Below, one piece after another: positions 12,906-25,120 of a DNA stretch of 64,000 nt. The stretch comes from Podarcis bocagei (Eukaryota), in assembly GCA_964188305.1 (NCBI GenBank), contig OZ076895.1; one strand, written 5' to 3'. The first letter of the stretch is position 1, and every line of letters starts with the position of its first letter. A program made the translations under genes and the position numbers. Under the pieces are notes generated by a model, which worked only from the letters and a program-made list of their open reading frames with translations, was not told the DNA's origin and did not search any database.

Positions 12906-15489
12906 TATAAAATTACCCTCCCGCCCAAAAAACAGTAACAAATTACCCTCCTCTTGAATTCTTATGAACTGGGATTAAGTCTCAGAGTTCAAGAAAAGGG
13001 AACCAATGACATATCTGTGCAGCAAAATAAAAAAGAGATTGTTCCCGAAAGGATGTCTTTCTTTACATTTCCTGGAAAAGTGGCACACTCCAGCCTTAAT
13101 CTTCTGATGCTAATTGAACCCCGTTTTAAAAGCATTTGCAAGGATGTAAAATACTGACAATACTGATTTGTGCCGTCTTCCTGTAGGGATTTCTTTCTTT
13201 TTGGTACTGGATACTTCTAGTACCTGCAGTTTTACTTCATACTGTGTTCAGACCTCACTTGTTTTCTTATCACCACCTTCTTAGAATGCATTGCATTGTA
13301 CAAAAGCAACCAGAGTTCCTTCACGTTCACTCTTACCAAGCTGCAATTGGATTTAGCTCCTTCACCCTTGTGGGTCTGTTTCTGGCCTAGCTTCCGTGGC
13401 CTCGTTTCCCTCCTGTGGTTTCTTTATTTCTTCAAGGGAAGGAATTGCATTTGGAATCTGAAGCAGTGCGTAAGCAAGAGACTTGTGCTGCTTAGGGACT
13501 TTGGAGGAGAGCAAAGTGTGAGAGCAGACCTTTTAGAATGCATCACTGTTTGCAGCCCTGAGAAAAAGTTAAGAGGCAAGTCTCTACTTATTCCCCACTG
13601 CCATTTACTAAAAAGGGGTGGTTCACGCCTCCTGCAGTTGCCTACTAGAACTTCCCCTCTTGCTTATGTTTGCATAAATATAGATTACCCATGGGCATTG
13701 AGTTACTAGCACACCCTTCTGAATATGTATGAATCAACACATAGCAAACTTGAATGAACTTCAAGAACTTTTGTTTCCGTATAACATAGTCCCCTAGGCA
13801 ACCTACAGTAGTTCAGGTAAAAGTGCCCACACTGATCCTGCAGACTTCTCAGGTTGCCTTCGCACTCCAGGTATCTGTGTGTGATGAAGCAGCAAGTACA
13901 GCGGCTGGAGGGCAGGTGGCAGAAATTCCAACCTGAACCTGAATGAGCACAGGTGAGAGAGCATTATTGCACCTATCAAGTGGTGGTGTTGGCACTGCAC
14001 CTGCATTTAGCTGTCTGGCAGAGGTCTTACGGGTAGTGAATGGCCAGGAGAGCAGTGCTCTGATTCCATCAGCAGCCTGATGGGACAATTGTGCTAGGAT
14101 GATAATAATAATATTAATAATTATTAATAATAATAATTTTATTATTTGTACCTGACCCATTTGACCTGGTTGCCCCAGCCACTCTGGGTAGTTTCCAACA
14201 CCAGAATAGAGCAAAAGATACATACCTGTTTAGTATAACAATTGAATGACATCCGTGTTGTTCTTCCTCCAGGTTAAGAGATGGTGTCTGTGTGAAAGCA
14301 TGGGTGTAAAAAAAGAAGTGTGGGGAGGTAAATGCCAATCACTGAATTAAAAACCTTGTAGGGACAGTTTGTCAAAAGGGGAGAAAAACTACAACATAGT
14401 CTGTGTTAGGTTTCTGTGGAGTTAGAATGGGACAAGGCCAATTGGTGGTGCTACTGTGCCACTCCCAGGTGTTTTTTTGTGTGGAGGGGGTATCAAGCTA
14501 CTGCTATGCGTGTTGTTGTTTTTCCAGCCTTCCTTTTGTAAATGTTGAATGCTATTTTCGTTTTCAATTTGTATCCAACTGCCAGCCTGCACACACGCTT
14601 ACCCTTTAATGAGTGCTCCTGTCGAGTGCAAGAGGCCTTCACAAATGCCATGCGGGTGGTGAGATGGAAGGAAGCAGCAGCAACTTTCGAAAGTACAGCC
14701 TTTAGAATATACGATCCTGCATTTGCTTTTAAAAGCCATTCTGATGTGATTTGGTGCCGAGAGAATGTTAGGCTCAAGGCCATATTGCAGCCTCACCTTT
14801 ACTATAGTTTCCGTCATGCTTTGGCAGCCGTTGATTTCTCTCAAAGGCAGTGGAGCTGCCACTTAGCTGCGATTTTATTGTTTGGTGCTGTTGGATTAAA
14901 CGGATTTCTCCAGAGTTGTCATGCTGGCATGCTTTGAAAAGGGCTTCCTCTATTCTCTCTTTCTCTCTGTCTGGGTTTGTGGGATGACGGCAGTGGCACA
15001 GCATATTTAACACACTGTGCTCTGCCTATAACTGACATGGACAGCATAAACATAGTTTTATTGCTTTGCTGTCAAGCGAAATTGCCCAGATGGGTGTGCA
15101 CTGTAAAATAAAAATGGGGCGTATGGTGTGGCGGGAGAGGGAGACTGGGCAGGTGTATCAAACAGTTTTTCACAGCTTATTTTTGAGTCCCTTTCAACAA
15201 TTGCTAGCGTGTCAATTAGAAAAAGAGCTGCTTCCTTTTCTTTGACAGGTCCAGTTTTGTCCATGTCTCAGAACAATAAACCATTAGCCAAGGTTAAAAA
15301 GCAGGACCCCTCCCCAAGTTTAATATTCAGTGGCCAGGTCCATGAAAATCTTGTATTTCAGAATCTTCATGCTCAAATCTATTTGCAATGGCACATAATC
15401 TTAGTCACCAGCTGTAGACTTCTGTGCTTTCCTGGGTCTCACTAACAGAACCCTAAATGCTCATCCCTCAGTGTCCAGAGAAACAATAG

Positions 15490-15660
15490 TGGTTGTGGGA
15501 CTCCCTCAGGAGGTGGTGGACTCTCCTTCCTCGGAGGTTTTTAAGCAGAGGTTGGATGGCCATCTGTCATGGATGCTTTAGCTGAGATTCCTGCATTGCA
15601 GGGCGTTGGGCTAGATGACCCTTGGGGTTCTTTCCAACTCTACAGTTCTGTGATTCTATG
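15490..15660 (+). mobile_element. CR1 LINE 3' end fragment
   Basis: ggactctccttc..ggaggtttttaagcagaggttggatggcc...ttccaactct..ttctgtgattctatg, a typical CR1 terminus. Confidence 0.8.
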
Positions 15661-16504
15661 AAATACAAGCAGAGCAGACCTGCCTATTTTATTTCTCTCA
15701 GGGTGGCTTCTTACCACCCTGGGTAAGGACACTCCCCATGTGGAAAGTAATTGTGCACAAAACAATAGTATGCAGTAAACTCTCCATGTATATAGTGGAC
15801 CCTTGGGTCATTTACAGCGTCTCAGGGCACATGCAGCAGGTATAAGCACCCATATAGGCCAATCAACCTACAAGTGTCTGGCGTACTAATTCCAACAGCG
15901 AGCTGCTTTCCATATTGGCTTACCAGTAATTATTTGGAAAGTGTAGGGGATCCTGGCACTGAGAATTTCTGGCAAGTTTGAATGTCATAGTCAAGGTCAG
16001 ATGAGCATTAAATAACCTGATGAAAGCTGTATCAAACTTCAAGCTTTCCTTTATGTATTTAGCTTCTGATGGATTTTCTTAAAAGAGCTGGTTTATGCCA
16101 TCCTTTATCTACAAACCCTGCTGTTTCTCACAGCTACCAATTAACAATGAGATTCCATTCTTAAATGGATTTGTGTTGTTGTTTGGTGGACACTGTGGCC
16201 CACACTTCTAGTAATTGGGATGTTTTCCCAACTTACTTTCCCATCTGTTATTAAAATGAGAAGGTAGGGCTTGTTTATAAAATTACATTATGTTCTTTGC
16301 TTAACTTTTTCTTTTGCAAAAATGGTACCATCCAGCAGGTGTAGTATGAAGAGAGAGAGAAAGAAATTCGGAATGCATTATAAAGTTGGAGCCTAGACAA
16401 ACTTGTGGAGAAAAAGCCATAACAAGCAAAGAGTCACCTAGTGTCAGGGCATTGGGTCAATAATTGAGTGCAAGCTTTATAAAATGCTGTTTATCTTCCC
16501 ACAG

Positions 16505-16568
16505 GGCATACAAAACCATTGAAGAGGATGACTTGAAGTTTCCTCTTATATACGGAGAAGGCAAGAAG
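16505..16568 (+). CDS. PPM1H: PPM1H coding exon: AYKTIEEDDLKFPLIYGEGKK
   Basis: cacag acceptor, gtagga donor; 64 nt; phase 2 to 0. Confidence 0.95.
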
Positions 16569-18052
16569 GTAGGAATCCATTTCAGAGGAATATGGTGCCT
16601 TATAACTGTTTACCACTCAATTTAGCCTCAAGCAGTCCATCGTTTTCCACTTGCTATCTCTTTATTTTATCGTTCTGACAGCTTGAAAGAATATTGTGCC
16701 TGCCGTAAATCAGTTCCTGCTGTCTGTAAGGGGGAAAATGCAGTCTATGGGTGTGTGTGTGTGAAAGCGGTTCAATAACATTTACGGATGAATTTTCTTT
16801 TTTCACCCACTTAATTATTTTTCTTTCTTTCAAGCAATCGGGACTGAAAGAGGCTTTTTGAAAATAAAATATTTATTTATTTGATTTGCAGACAGCTCAC
16901 TGCAACTTGACCACTACATTAAATGTGAGCCAATAAAAGCTGGGAAAAGACAAAAGACGTAATGTTTGTTTAATTAGTTTTGAGCACAATCTTAGTGTAT
17001 TGGGATCAAGCAAGACTGAACTTTATTGGTGCATGGATTTATTTTGTGTATGTGCTCTTAGCTGCATTCACTGCTCGGTTCAAGCTTAGGAATAAAATTC
17101 TCTTTCAGGAGAGGGGTGTTTGTGGAAAGACTGAGAATGCTCTTGAAAGAGATGCATAATTAAAAACAGCAAGGTTATTTGCACTGATCCCAGCATGCCT
17201 GAGAGATACAACTCTAGGATCAATAAAAGGGCACTGAAGTCTTAGATTATTGGCATTGGTGTGCTCACACTGTTTCTAAGCAACTCTTTCCCAATGGCTT
17301 TATTGCTTATTTGATTTTTGTTTTAATAGCCTATCTTCAGAATTAATCTAGCTATGCAGGACTCAAACCTGATGTGGCTTATCTGTACGATTTGATGGGC
17401 TGGTTTGTTTTCAGAAGTATTTGTACACCTGTTACTTCTAAATTTATTTTTCTCCCTATTTTTGTGTTTGGGCTTAGTGGGTTTACTTTGCAGTGTATTT
17501 TAGAGCCAGAATTGAGAGTGTCCAGTATTGTCAGTAAACCAGTACCATCAGTAAAATGATGTATCTGCACCATAAGCTGTCTCAAGAATCCTACTCTTTT
17601 GCTAAGGGATCCCAGGGCTGATGCAAAGGTGTCAGAAAGGGGGGTTGGGGGGTTGGTAGAGGACATTTGATTGTTCTGTGATGGGCTTCCCCAACCTTCT
17701 GCCCTACAACTTCCATTAGCCCCATCCAACATGGCTAGTGGTCAGTGATGGTTATAGTTGTAGTCAACTTCTGGGAGCAGCAGGCTGTCCCAAGAGTTTT
17801 CTTGCTAGGTATTTGTTGTTGTGTTCATTGTTTTATAAAGAACTGTTGCCTCTATTTTAGGCCAAAAAACCCCCCAGTCCTTGCCAAAGTTTTTTTGTAT
17901 AATGAAAGAAGGGTACAGGTTATGCCCTGTAGGTGAGTTTATATGATCTGTCACATATGCTATAACTGCAGTCATTTACTTGAATGTGTGCAATTACTTC
18001 AGGTCTCAGGTGATCAGTCTTGGGCAACATTCCCTCAACTTGCTTGGTAATA

Positions 18053-18135
18053 CAGTGGTACCTCGGGTTAAGAACAGTTTCAGGTTAAGAACGGACCTCC
18101 AGAACGAATTAAGTTCTTAACCCGAGGTACCACTG
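18053..18135. mobile_element. Short (83 bp) family A Tc1/mariner MITE
   Basis: TA|cagtggtacctcgggttaagaac...gttcttaacccgaggtaccactg|TA; 23-bp perfect TIR. Confidence 0.88.
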
Positions 18136-18139
18136 TATA

Positions 18140-18520
18140 GGCTTTGACTCATGACAGGATATGGGCTCTTGAAATGTAACCACATACTTCAGGGTCTGGA
18201 ATGCAGGCTGTCTTGGATGGGGTTGCCGTCACCCTGAAGACACTGGCTTGCAGCTTGAGGCCACTCCTTGATCCAGCACTGCTTCTGTACGATTGGATGG
18301 CAGTGGTGACTAGCACACCTTTGTACTGGTGGCTGTGGTGATGAGAACAGCTTTCTACCTGCTTTGGCTCACATGCCAGTTGCCTTTTTGTGGTGGGCTC
18401 ACTCCCCAGCCAACACAAGATTAGACTCAAGGGGGTTGTCTTCCTTGGGTGTAGGCTTTCCAACATGGGACAGGAACCCTGAATATGCCATGTTGGAAAC
18501 TCTATGTATGAGTACGATAG
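18140..18520 (+). mobile_element. Decayed LINE (L2/CR1-clade) ORF2 fragment
   Basis: Resembles degenerate squamate L2 ORF2 sequence (ttggatggggttg..ccctgaag...ttgatccagcact). Confidence 0.4.
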
Positions 18521-18742
18521 CAACCCCCCACCCAACAAATGCTGATCATGTGTTTGCTGGGGAGGATATCCAGCACATAAATAATCTAGGTGGGGTGTGA
18601 CTTCTTCATATGTTCCTACTTGCCCCTTCATGCAGTCAAGCATTTTGAGTAGGATTTATTGGCGCAGTTGCTGGTAACAGCTTTCACATAGACAGCTGCC
18701 TCCCAGAACAGCACTATAACTGGTTTCTTTCTCCGTTTCCAG

Positions 18743-18850
18743 GCTCGTGTCATGGCAACTATTGGGGTTACGAGAGGACTTGGAGACCATGACTTGAAGG
18801 TGCATGACTCAAACATCTACATCAAACCTTTTTTGTCCTCGTCACCAGAG
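18743..18850 (+). CDS. PPM1H: PPM1H coding exon: ARVMATIGVTRGLGDHDLKVHDSNIYIKPFLSSSPE
   Basis: tccag acceptor, gtaaaa donor; 108 nt; PP2C motif VTRGLGD. Confidence 0.96.
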
Positions 18851-19047
18851 GTAAAACATTCACACTTTTTTTATAGGAACAGGACAAGGGACCTAAACTA
18901 TGGCTTTAAAAATGTTTGCAACATGTCTTAACCTGCTTGTGAAATGTTTAGGTGTCCACATGAAAAATGGCTGCAATGAACACCTTAAATAGGGAACATG
19001 GCTGTGGCTTACGGAAAAGATGGTCAAAACTCATTCCCCTGTCTAAG

Positions 19048-19135
19048 AGTACGATTCTATGCATGTTTACTCAAAAGTAAGTCCCTTTGTTCAGTGGGGC
19101 TCACTCCCAAGTAAGCGAGTTTAGGATTGCAGCCA
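19048..19135. repeat. Short imperfect palindromic interspersed repeat (probable old MITE)
   Basis: cctatgcatgtttactc..agtaag..cc...ggg..tcactc..agtaagc..ttaggattgcagcc pattern; similar copies near 41988, 42860 and 63160. Confidence 0.55.
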
Positions 19136-21919
19136 AATATGGCTAGAGGATGTATGTTAAATTTATAGCTGTCTAGAGGGATTTAGAAAGCCCATAAAAC
19201 ACATTTGACAAACATTAGTATAAAAGTTATAGAACCATAAAGTGGACATTTGGCACTCTGTTCTGGAAATTTACTACAGGGCAGGAAACATAGAGGAGCT
19301 GTTTGGTGGGTGTCTTATTTTTTAAAAGCAAACCCTAAAGGGGGAGGGGGTTAATTGGCGAGTATAGCAGATAATAAAGCTGAGTACCAGACTTTAAAAG
19401 TTACATATAAATCATTTGGATTGTATTTCTATGTTTGTCAGTGAGTTAGATGAGAAGGAAAAATGCAATTAAGAGAGGATTAATTTTATTTAAGTAGCTC
19501 TGTTGATCAGTTGTAAAGTAGCCGAGGATTGCTTATGTTGACTGTTTCTCTTGAATTCCATAGTGAAAAATGGGTCATATCAGGAGTGTTGCATGTTGTG
19601 CTTTGAGCTTGGTAAAGCTTTCAAAACACATTTTGTGTCATTTAGGACATCTTCACATAAAACTCTTAAGCCCAGAATAACTCCCAAGGTAACTGTTTTC
19701 CCTGCTTCAGGCCATCACTTTCATAAAATATATGACCATTTCTTAGGGAAGGAGACCCAGAAGAATGACAAGGATTTCAAGGATGAGAATGAGAACATTT
19801 TGTGGCTAGTTGAGTCTGAAGTGATAGGAACATTTTCTACCTGGGTGTAGATTAAAGGACAGTGTATCAAGATGTTGCTGCTCTTGTTCCTAGCTGGGTG
19901 CTGTACCATAAAGCAAAAAATGAAGAGAGTGCTCAAGACAGGTAGCTATCTCGAATCACCCTGACATACACTATAGGAAAATAGTGATGGAACACATAGT
20001 GCAGTGGTTGGGAACAAGCTAATTTGGCCCATGAGGCCATTTCCTCCCCCCCCCCCCATACCCCACATGCTCCACAACTGACATGTTGTGGGTGGGTAGG
20101 TATTGTTGATTCTTCCTTGGTAGCCAGGGCTCAGCTGATTGACAAGGACAACAAGCCCCTTTGAAGTTGTCCATTTGTGGGAGTAGCTTGGACTCAGGTA
20201 CCAATCTGCAGTGAAAAGAAAATGTCAATTTTTGCAGGTGTAATGAATCCCTTTGCAGGCATGCTCTCAGATCCAATCAGTGTGACTTCAGAGGGCTTAC
20301 ATTCAGCATCGGCCAGCTGATGGGCACCGAGAGCAAACTTTGTTTCTCAAATGTGCCACATTTATTCCATCATTAGCTGTCTTAGCTCTCCATCCAGCCC
20401 ACCCAACCCACACATCATATTTAATTAGGAAGAAATGACTTGGTTGGATATTGGCACTGTGACTGGCACTTCTGAAAAGCTGTGGGATTACAATCACTAA
20501 ATATGGAAGCTGGCTCTGCCATTCTAGGGTTGGGGAATGTTTATCTGGTTCTTGCCTTTCCACTTGCTGTTTAATTGTTGGCTTTTTTTCTCTGAAAATT
20601 AATAAATACATATTTAAAGCAAGCAAACAAGAAAAGGTTAAGTGTTGACATACAGCATCTGTGTAATTTTGTGTTCATTGTATAGATTTAACCATATTTT
20701 TAAAGCCTACATTGCTATAAACAAGGAGAAGCCACTATCTATTCTGTTGTTTGTTCTGATACATACTTTAATAGGAGGCAGGTCTAGTCCTTTGTTGTAT
20801 GAAAGAGGTGCATTGCGTTTATCTTCTTGCTTTTAGCTAATGAGAAGTGGGGGAATGAGCATGGGTACTTTGTGCTGTGTTATAGGTCTCTGGTGGTGTA
20901 ACACTTTGTTGGTAGCTAGAGGGTGTAAGTTATGTTCCTCTGCAGTGGACTTGACAACTTTTGCGTTTAATTTTTGACACTTTGAATGAGGAATGAGCAA
21001 TTGTGTGTCTAGCTCATCAGCTTCTAATTCCTTAATCGCATCTTCCACCTTAGTAAATGATATATTTCATTTTTTAAAATCCAAGTTTCTCCATTAGTTA
21101 AAGGGAATATTGAATGTTTGCACTGGGATCTAACTACATTAAGAAGTCTAAGTACTCCATATACATTTCCTAATCCTGGATTTCAAAGATTAGCACAACA
21201 CAAAGAGAGGATAAATGATTCTCTTACAGCAATGCCAAGTGTGTTTCCCAACACAACCGCAGAGCACTGACCCTGCCAGCCGTAAGGATAAATCAGCATT
21301 CCCAGCCAGGTGTGCTGTTTCCAAATCCTAGTCCCGATAATAACTTCCTTTTGTCAGTTGTCACAAGGTCACTTCACTTCTCTGAAAATACAGCTACTGC
21401 TGGAGTAATTAAAGTGCTCCGTTAGTAATTCAGAAGGACTCCTGAAGGTTTTGTTTTCGGACTTAAAGGAGCCAGGTGGTTTGACAATGGGGAGTATGAA
21501 GCAGGCAGCTAGAAGACCTGCATCTCTCACAGAAGACACACTTGGAAATACATAAAATGACCTTTATCCTTCTGCTGGTTCAATAAAATCTGTCAGTGCA
21601 GCCAAGGAATATATTTTGGATGCCATACTCAGCAGGCTGTAAGTGAACATTTATTTTGTAAAGTTTTTTAATCAGCATGCAGGACTATGAAAAATACTCA
21701 GGTATGTGAGTTTTCTGTTAGTTCCATTTCTGTCAAAACATTTGAGAATATCCTGCACGTCACATACATAGATCAGCTTCAGGTTGGTTTGTCAGACTAG
21801 GGCGTGTCACCTTCTCTCAATTGTCATGCAGCTGAACCATACGTTTCCCCCGTGTTTTGCCTTTATAGAGGTGGGAGCTTAGTGAAAAGCTGCTGCTGCA
21901 GACTAAAATTGTCTGTAAT

Positions 21920-22165
21920 GGTAGTGTGGTGTAGTGGTTAAGAGCGGTAGTCTCGTAATCTGGTGAACCGGGTTCGCTTCCCCGCTCCTCCACATGCAGC
22001 TGCTGGGTGACCTTGGGCCAGTCATACTTCTCTGAAGTCTCTCAGCCCCACCCACCTCACAGAGTGTTTGTTGTGGGGGAGGAAGGGAAAGGAGAATGTT
22101 AGCCGCTTTGAGACTCCTGAAGGGGAGTGAAAGGCGGGATATCAAATCCAAACTCCACTTCTTCC
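21920..22165 (+). mobile_element. tRNA-derived SINE (squamate family other than Sauria)
   Basis: A box gtggtgtagtgg, B box gggttcgcttccc, gggtgaccttgggccagtca core and cttctt tail. Confidence 0.8.
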
Positions 22166-22565
22166 TGCATGACATGTTTGCAGGCTGAATGCTGCATTAG
22201 CAGATCCTGCCTTGAACCTTCCAAAGCTTCCAGATCAGCTAGGTCTGTTTTAAAATAAATAAGATGCCGAGTGATTTCCTGTACTACTTGATGAGGCTCA
22301 AAGTGTTGACTTAGAGGTGACTGCAAAACGAGAGAAAGCAGCACTTGGACATAGTGCTGGTGCAACTCCCCCTTCAGAAAGTAGTCTAAGTAGGTAAGAA
22401 TCTCCACTTAAATGTGTAGACTGTACACGTGGCCACATTTGATCTTAACTGCTAGGGAAACAAGTAGATTTTTTGGGTAGCAGAAATATACAGCATTCAT
22501 TAGGACACCCACAAAAACAAACCCTTGTTTCTCCTTCACCTAATGAGTTTGTTTTTGTTTTTCAG

Positions 22566-22717
22566 GTGAGGGTATATGATCTTCTCCAGTATGAGCATGG
22601 ACCTGATGATGTGTTGATCTTGGCAACAGATGGACTCTGGGATGTACTATTAAATGAAGAAGTGGCAGAAGCAGTCACTAATTTCCTGCCAAACTGTGAC
22701 CCTGATGACCCCCACAG
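22566..22717 (+). CDS. PPM1H: PPM1H coding exon: VRVYDLLQYEHGPDDVLILATDGLWDVLLNEEVAEAVTNFLPNCDPDDPHR
   Basis: ttcag acceptor, gtttgt donor; 152 nt; PP2C metal-binding motif DGLWD. Confidence 0.97.
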
Positions 22718-23159
22718 GTTTGTAATCTCTCCCTTTTATATTTCCTTAGCAAGGTGCTTTTCAGATTCAGACTGCTTGCCAGGAATGTGTTGTTGCCTTT
22801 GCAGTGCTTCCACTGATCAATATTAGAAGCTTCAGCAGGAACAAATGCACGTTCTGAAAAGCTTTATTCCAATTAGGTCCTAAGGAGAATGAGTTGCTTG
22901 AAAACTACTTCAGCAGTTTTGTAAAGTTGCCTTGACAGTTGCATTCCAAATTTGCTACATTAGTGAATAAAGCATTCAGTAATGCACTGCTAGAGATATT
23001 AATCTCCAAGTTCCTGAAATGCTTTCTCATTTATCTGTTACTAAGAAGGGGCAGCCTCCCTTTTATTCCAGTTACGTATAGTGCGTTTTCCTGTTGCCAC
23101 TGCTTGCTTTCCTTATGTTTAGCATTGATTTTCATGAATTAATGCTTATTTGGCAGTTT

Positions 23160-23612
23160 GACTGGTGAGTGGGAGTGGCTGCTGGGACCATATAACACCA
23201 GTTTTAAAGGATCTACATTGGCTCCCAGTATGTTTCCGAGCACAATTCAGAGTGTTGGTACTGACCTTTAATGACCTAAACGGCCATGGCTCTATATACC
23301 TGAAGCAGCATTTCCACCCACATCATTCAGGCCTAGCATGGAGATCCAGCTCTGAGGGCCTTCTGGTGATTCCCTCACAGCAAGAAGGGAAGTTACAAGG
23401 AACCAGGCAAGAGGGCCTTCTCAGTGGTGTCCACCTTGTAGAACGCCTGCCCATCAGGTATCAAACAGATAAACAACTATATGGCTTTTAGAAGACCTCT
23501 GAAGGCAGCCCTGTATAGGGAAGTTTTTAATGTTTGATGTTTTTTATTTTCTGCTGGAAGCCAGCCAGTGTCTGGGGCAAACCAGTCAGATGGGAGACGC
23601 ATAAATAATAGT
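23160..23612 (+). mobile_element. L2-clade LINE 3' fragment
   Basis: Translation HITPVLKDLHWLPV is the L2 ORF2 C-terminal signature; ends in an AAT-rich tail. Confidence 0.85.
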
Positions 23613-24972
23613 AATATAATTCAGTTCAATTCCCCCCATCTTTTTTTTAAAAGTATTTTAAAGAATAAGAAGATCATATTCTTTTACCTTGAAATACAGC
23701 AGTTCTACCTTAAGTCTTTACAAATTGTGGATCTTGGTGTCTGATATATATGTATCTGTTTTAATTGCTTTTTCCAGTATTGACGATCCCTAGGTTCTTC
23801 TGCTATTGACTGCAAATTTCTACAGGATTTCTCTCAGTTTCTTACTGAAAAGGAGAGAATATCCAGCAGACAATAAGAATCTTCCATACATGGTACAAAA
23901 GTATAATCAACCCCTGCCCATAGAGTAATGTCAGACATCTTTCTATTAAGACCGATGGCACAAAGAGAAACGTGTCTCAGCGATGAGATCCTGATGCAAT
24001 TTGGCTTTCTGCACGGCTGATTGCATGTGCTAGAGAAAGAGAAAGAGATCTATCATGGGTCTCATTCATCTATCATTTTATTTGTATGTCACCTTTCCAT
24101 AGTTAACACCATGCTCAAGGCAGCTTACAACATGGAAAAATGTGTGTAATTACAAACATAACAAAAGTAGTCATAAACAATAAATAAAACTCATCAAAAA
24201 GTAAACAAATTGAACATTTTCCACATACATCTAAAAAGATCAACCACAACCCCTCTCCCAACTTACTTCTTAAGAACTTAGAAAACCACCTTCCATCACC
24301 GTCAGGCCACTGGTTCCTTTTGCTCACCTGTTGTATACACTGGCAGCAGTTTTCCAGGGAGCCTTTGTATATCCACCCTGGACATGTTTACCTCAAGAAC
24401 CTAGGACCATCTGCCACATGTAAAGGATGTGCTCTACTACTGAGCTACTGTATGCTCCTTCCTCAAACGTTCTTACAAAAATGCTAAAGCTTGATAAAAT
24501 AGTTATGATCTCTGATATGGATAGGACTTTGGAAGAAGGAATGGTTAAGGTTTACTGTTTTAGACTGCTGCAAGTTCTCCCACTGTGCACAAATCGAATG
24601 TTGGGGCAGTGTGGCTGTTCATAACAACTGTGCTTGACATGTGCAGTTATCCTTTTCTGTCCAACTAAAAGTGGATTTACACTGTCGGGTTCTTCCACAT
24701 GATCAGGTATCCTTCCTGCACCATTGTAAAACAATCTGTATTGCAGCCTTCCCCAACTTCTGGACGACTGGGTTGGAAAAAGACAGCCATACAAGCAGAG
24801 GGGCTGGCAGGCTTTTCAGTTTTGACTGGTCTGTAAAATAGAAACACAAATCCTGCACTGCAAATCTTATACTTTTTGAGAGGATATATGGAATGCTTTC
24901 CTTGCCCAGCAAGTAATAAACCTTTACTATTATACAACATCTGTAATCTGTGACTGTTTCTTCTTCATGCAG

Positions 24973-25120
24973 GTACACATTAGCAGCTCAGGATTTGGTA
25001 ATGCGAGCCAGAGGAGTGCTGAAAGACAGAGGCTGGAGGATATCCAATGACAGACTGGGCTCAGGAGATGACATTTCTGTCTTCGTCATTCCTTTGATAC
25101 ATGGAAACAGAATCTTGTAA
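24973..25120 (+). CDS. PPM1H: PPM1H last coding exon: YTLAAQDLVMRARGVLKDRGWRISNDRLGSGDDISVFVIPLIHGNRIL*
   Basis: tgcag acceptor; PP2C motif GSGDDIS; TAA stop at 25118-25120. Confidence 0.96.

Noticed and set aside
21920-21995. tRNA-like A/B box sequence
   Set aside because: It continues into a SINE body and tail; it is not a tRNA gene.
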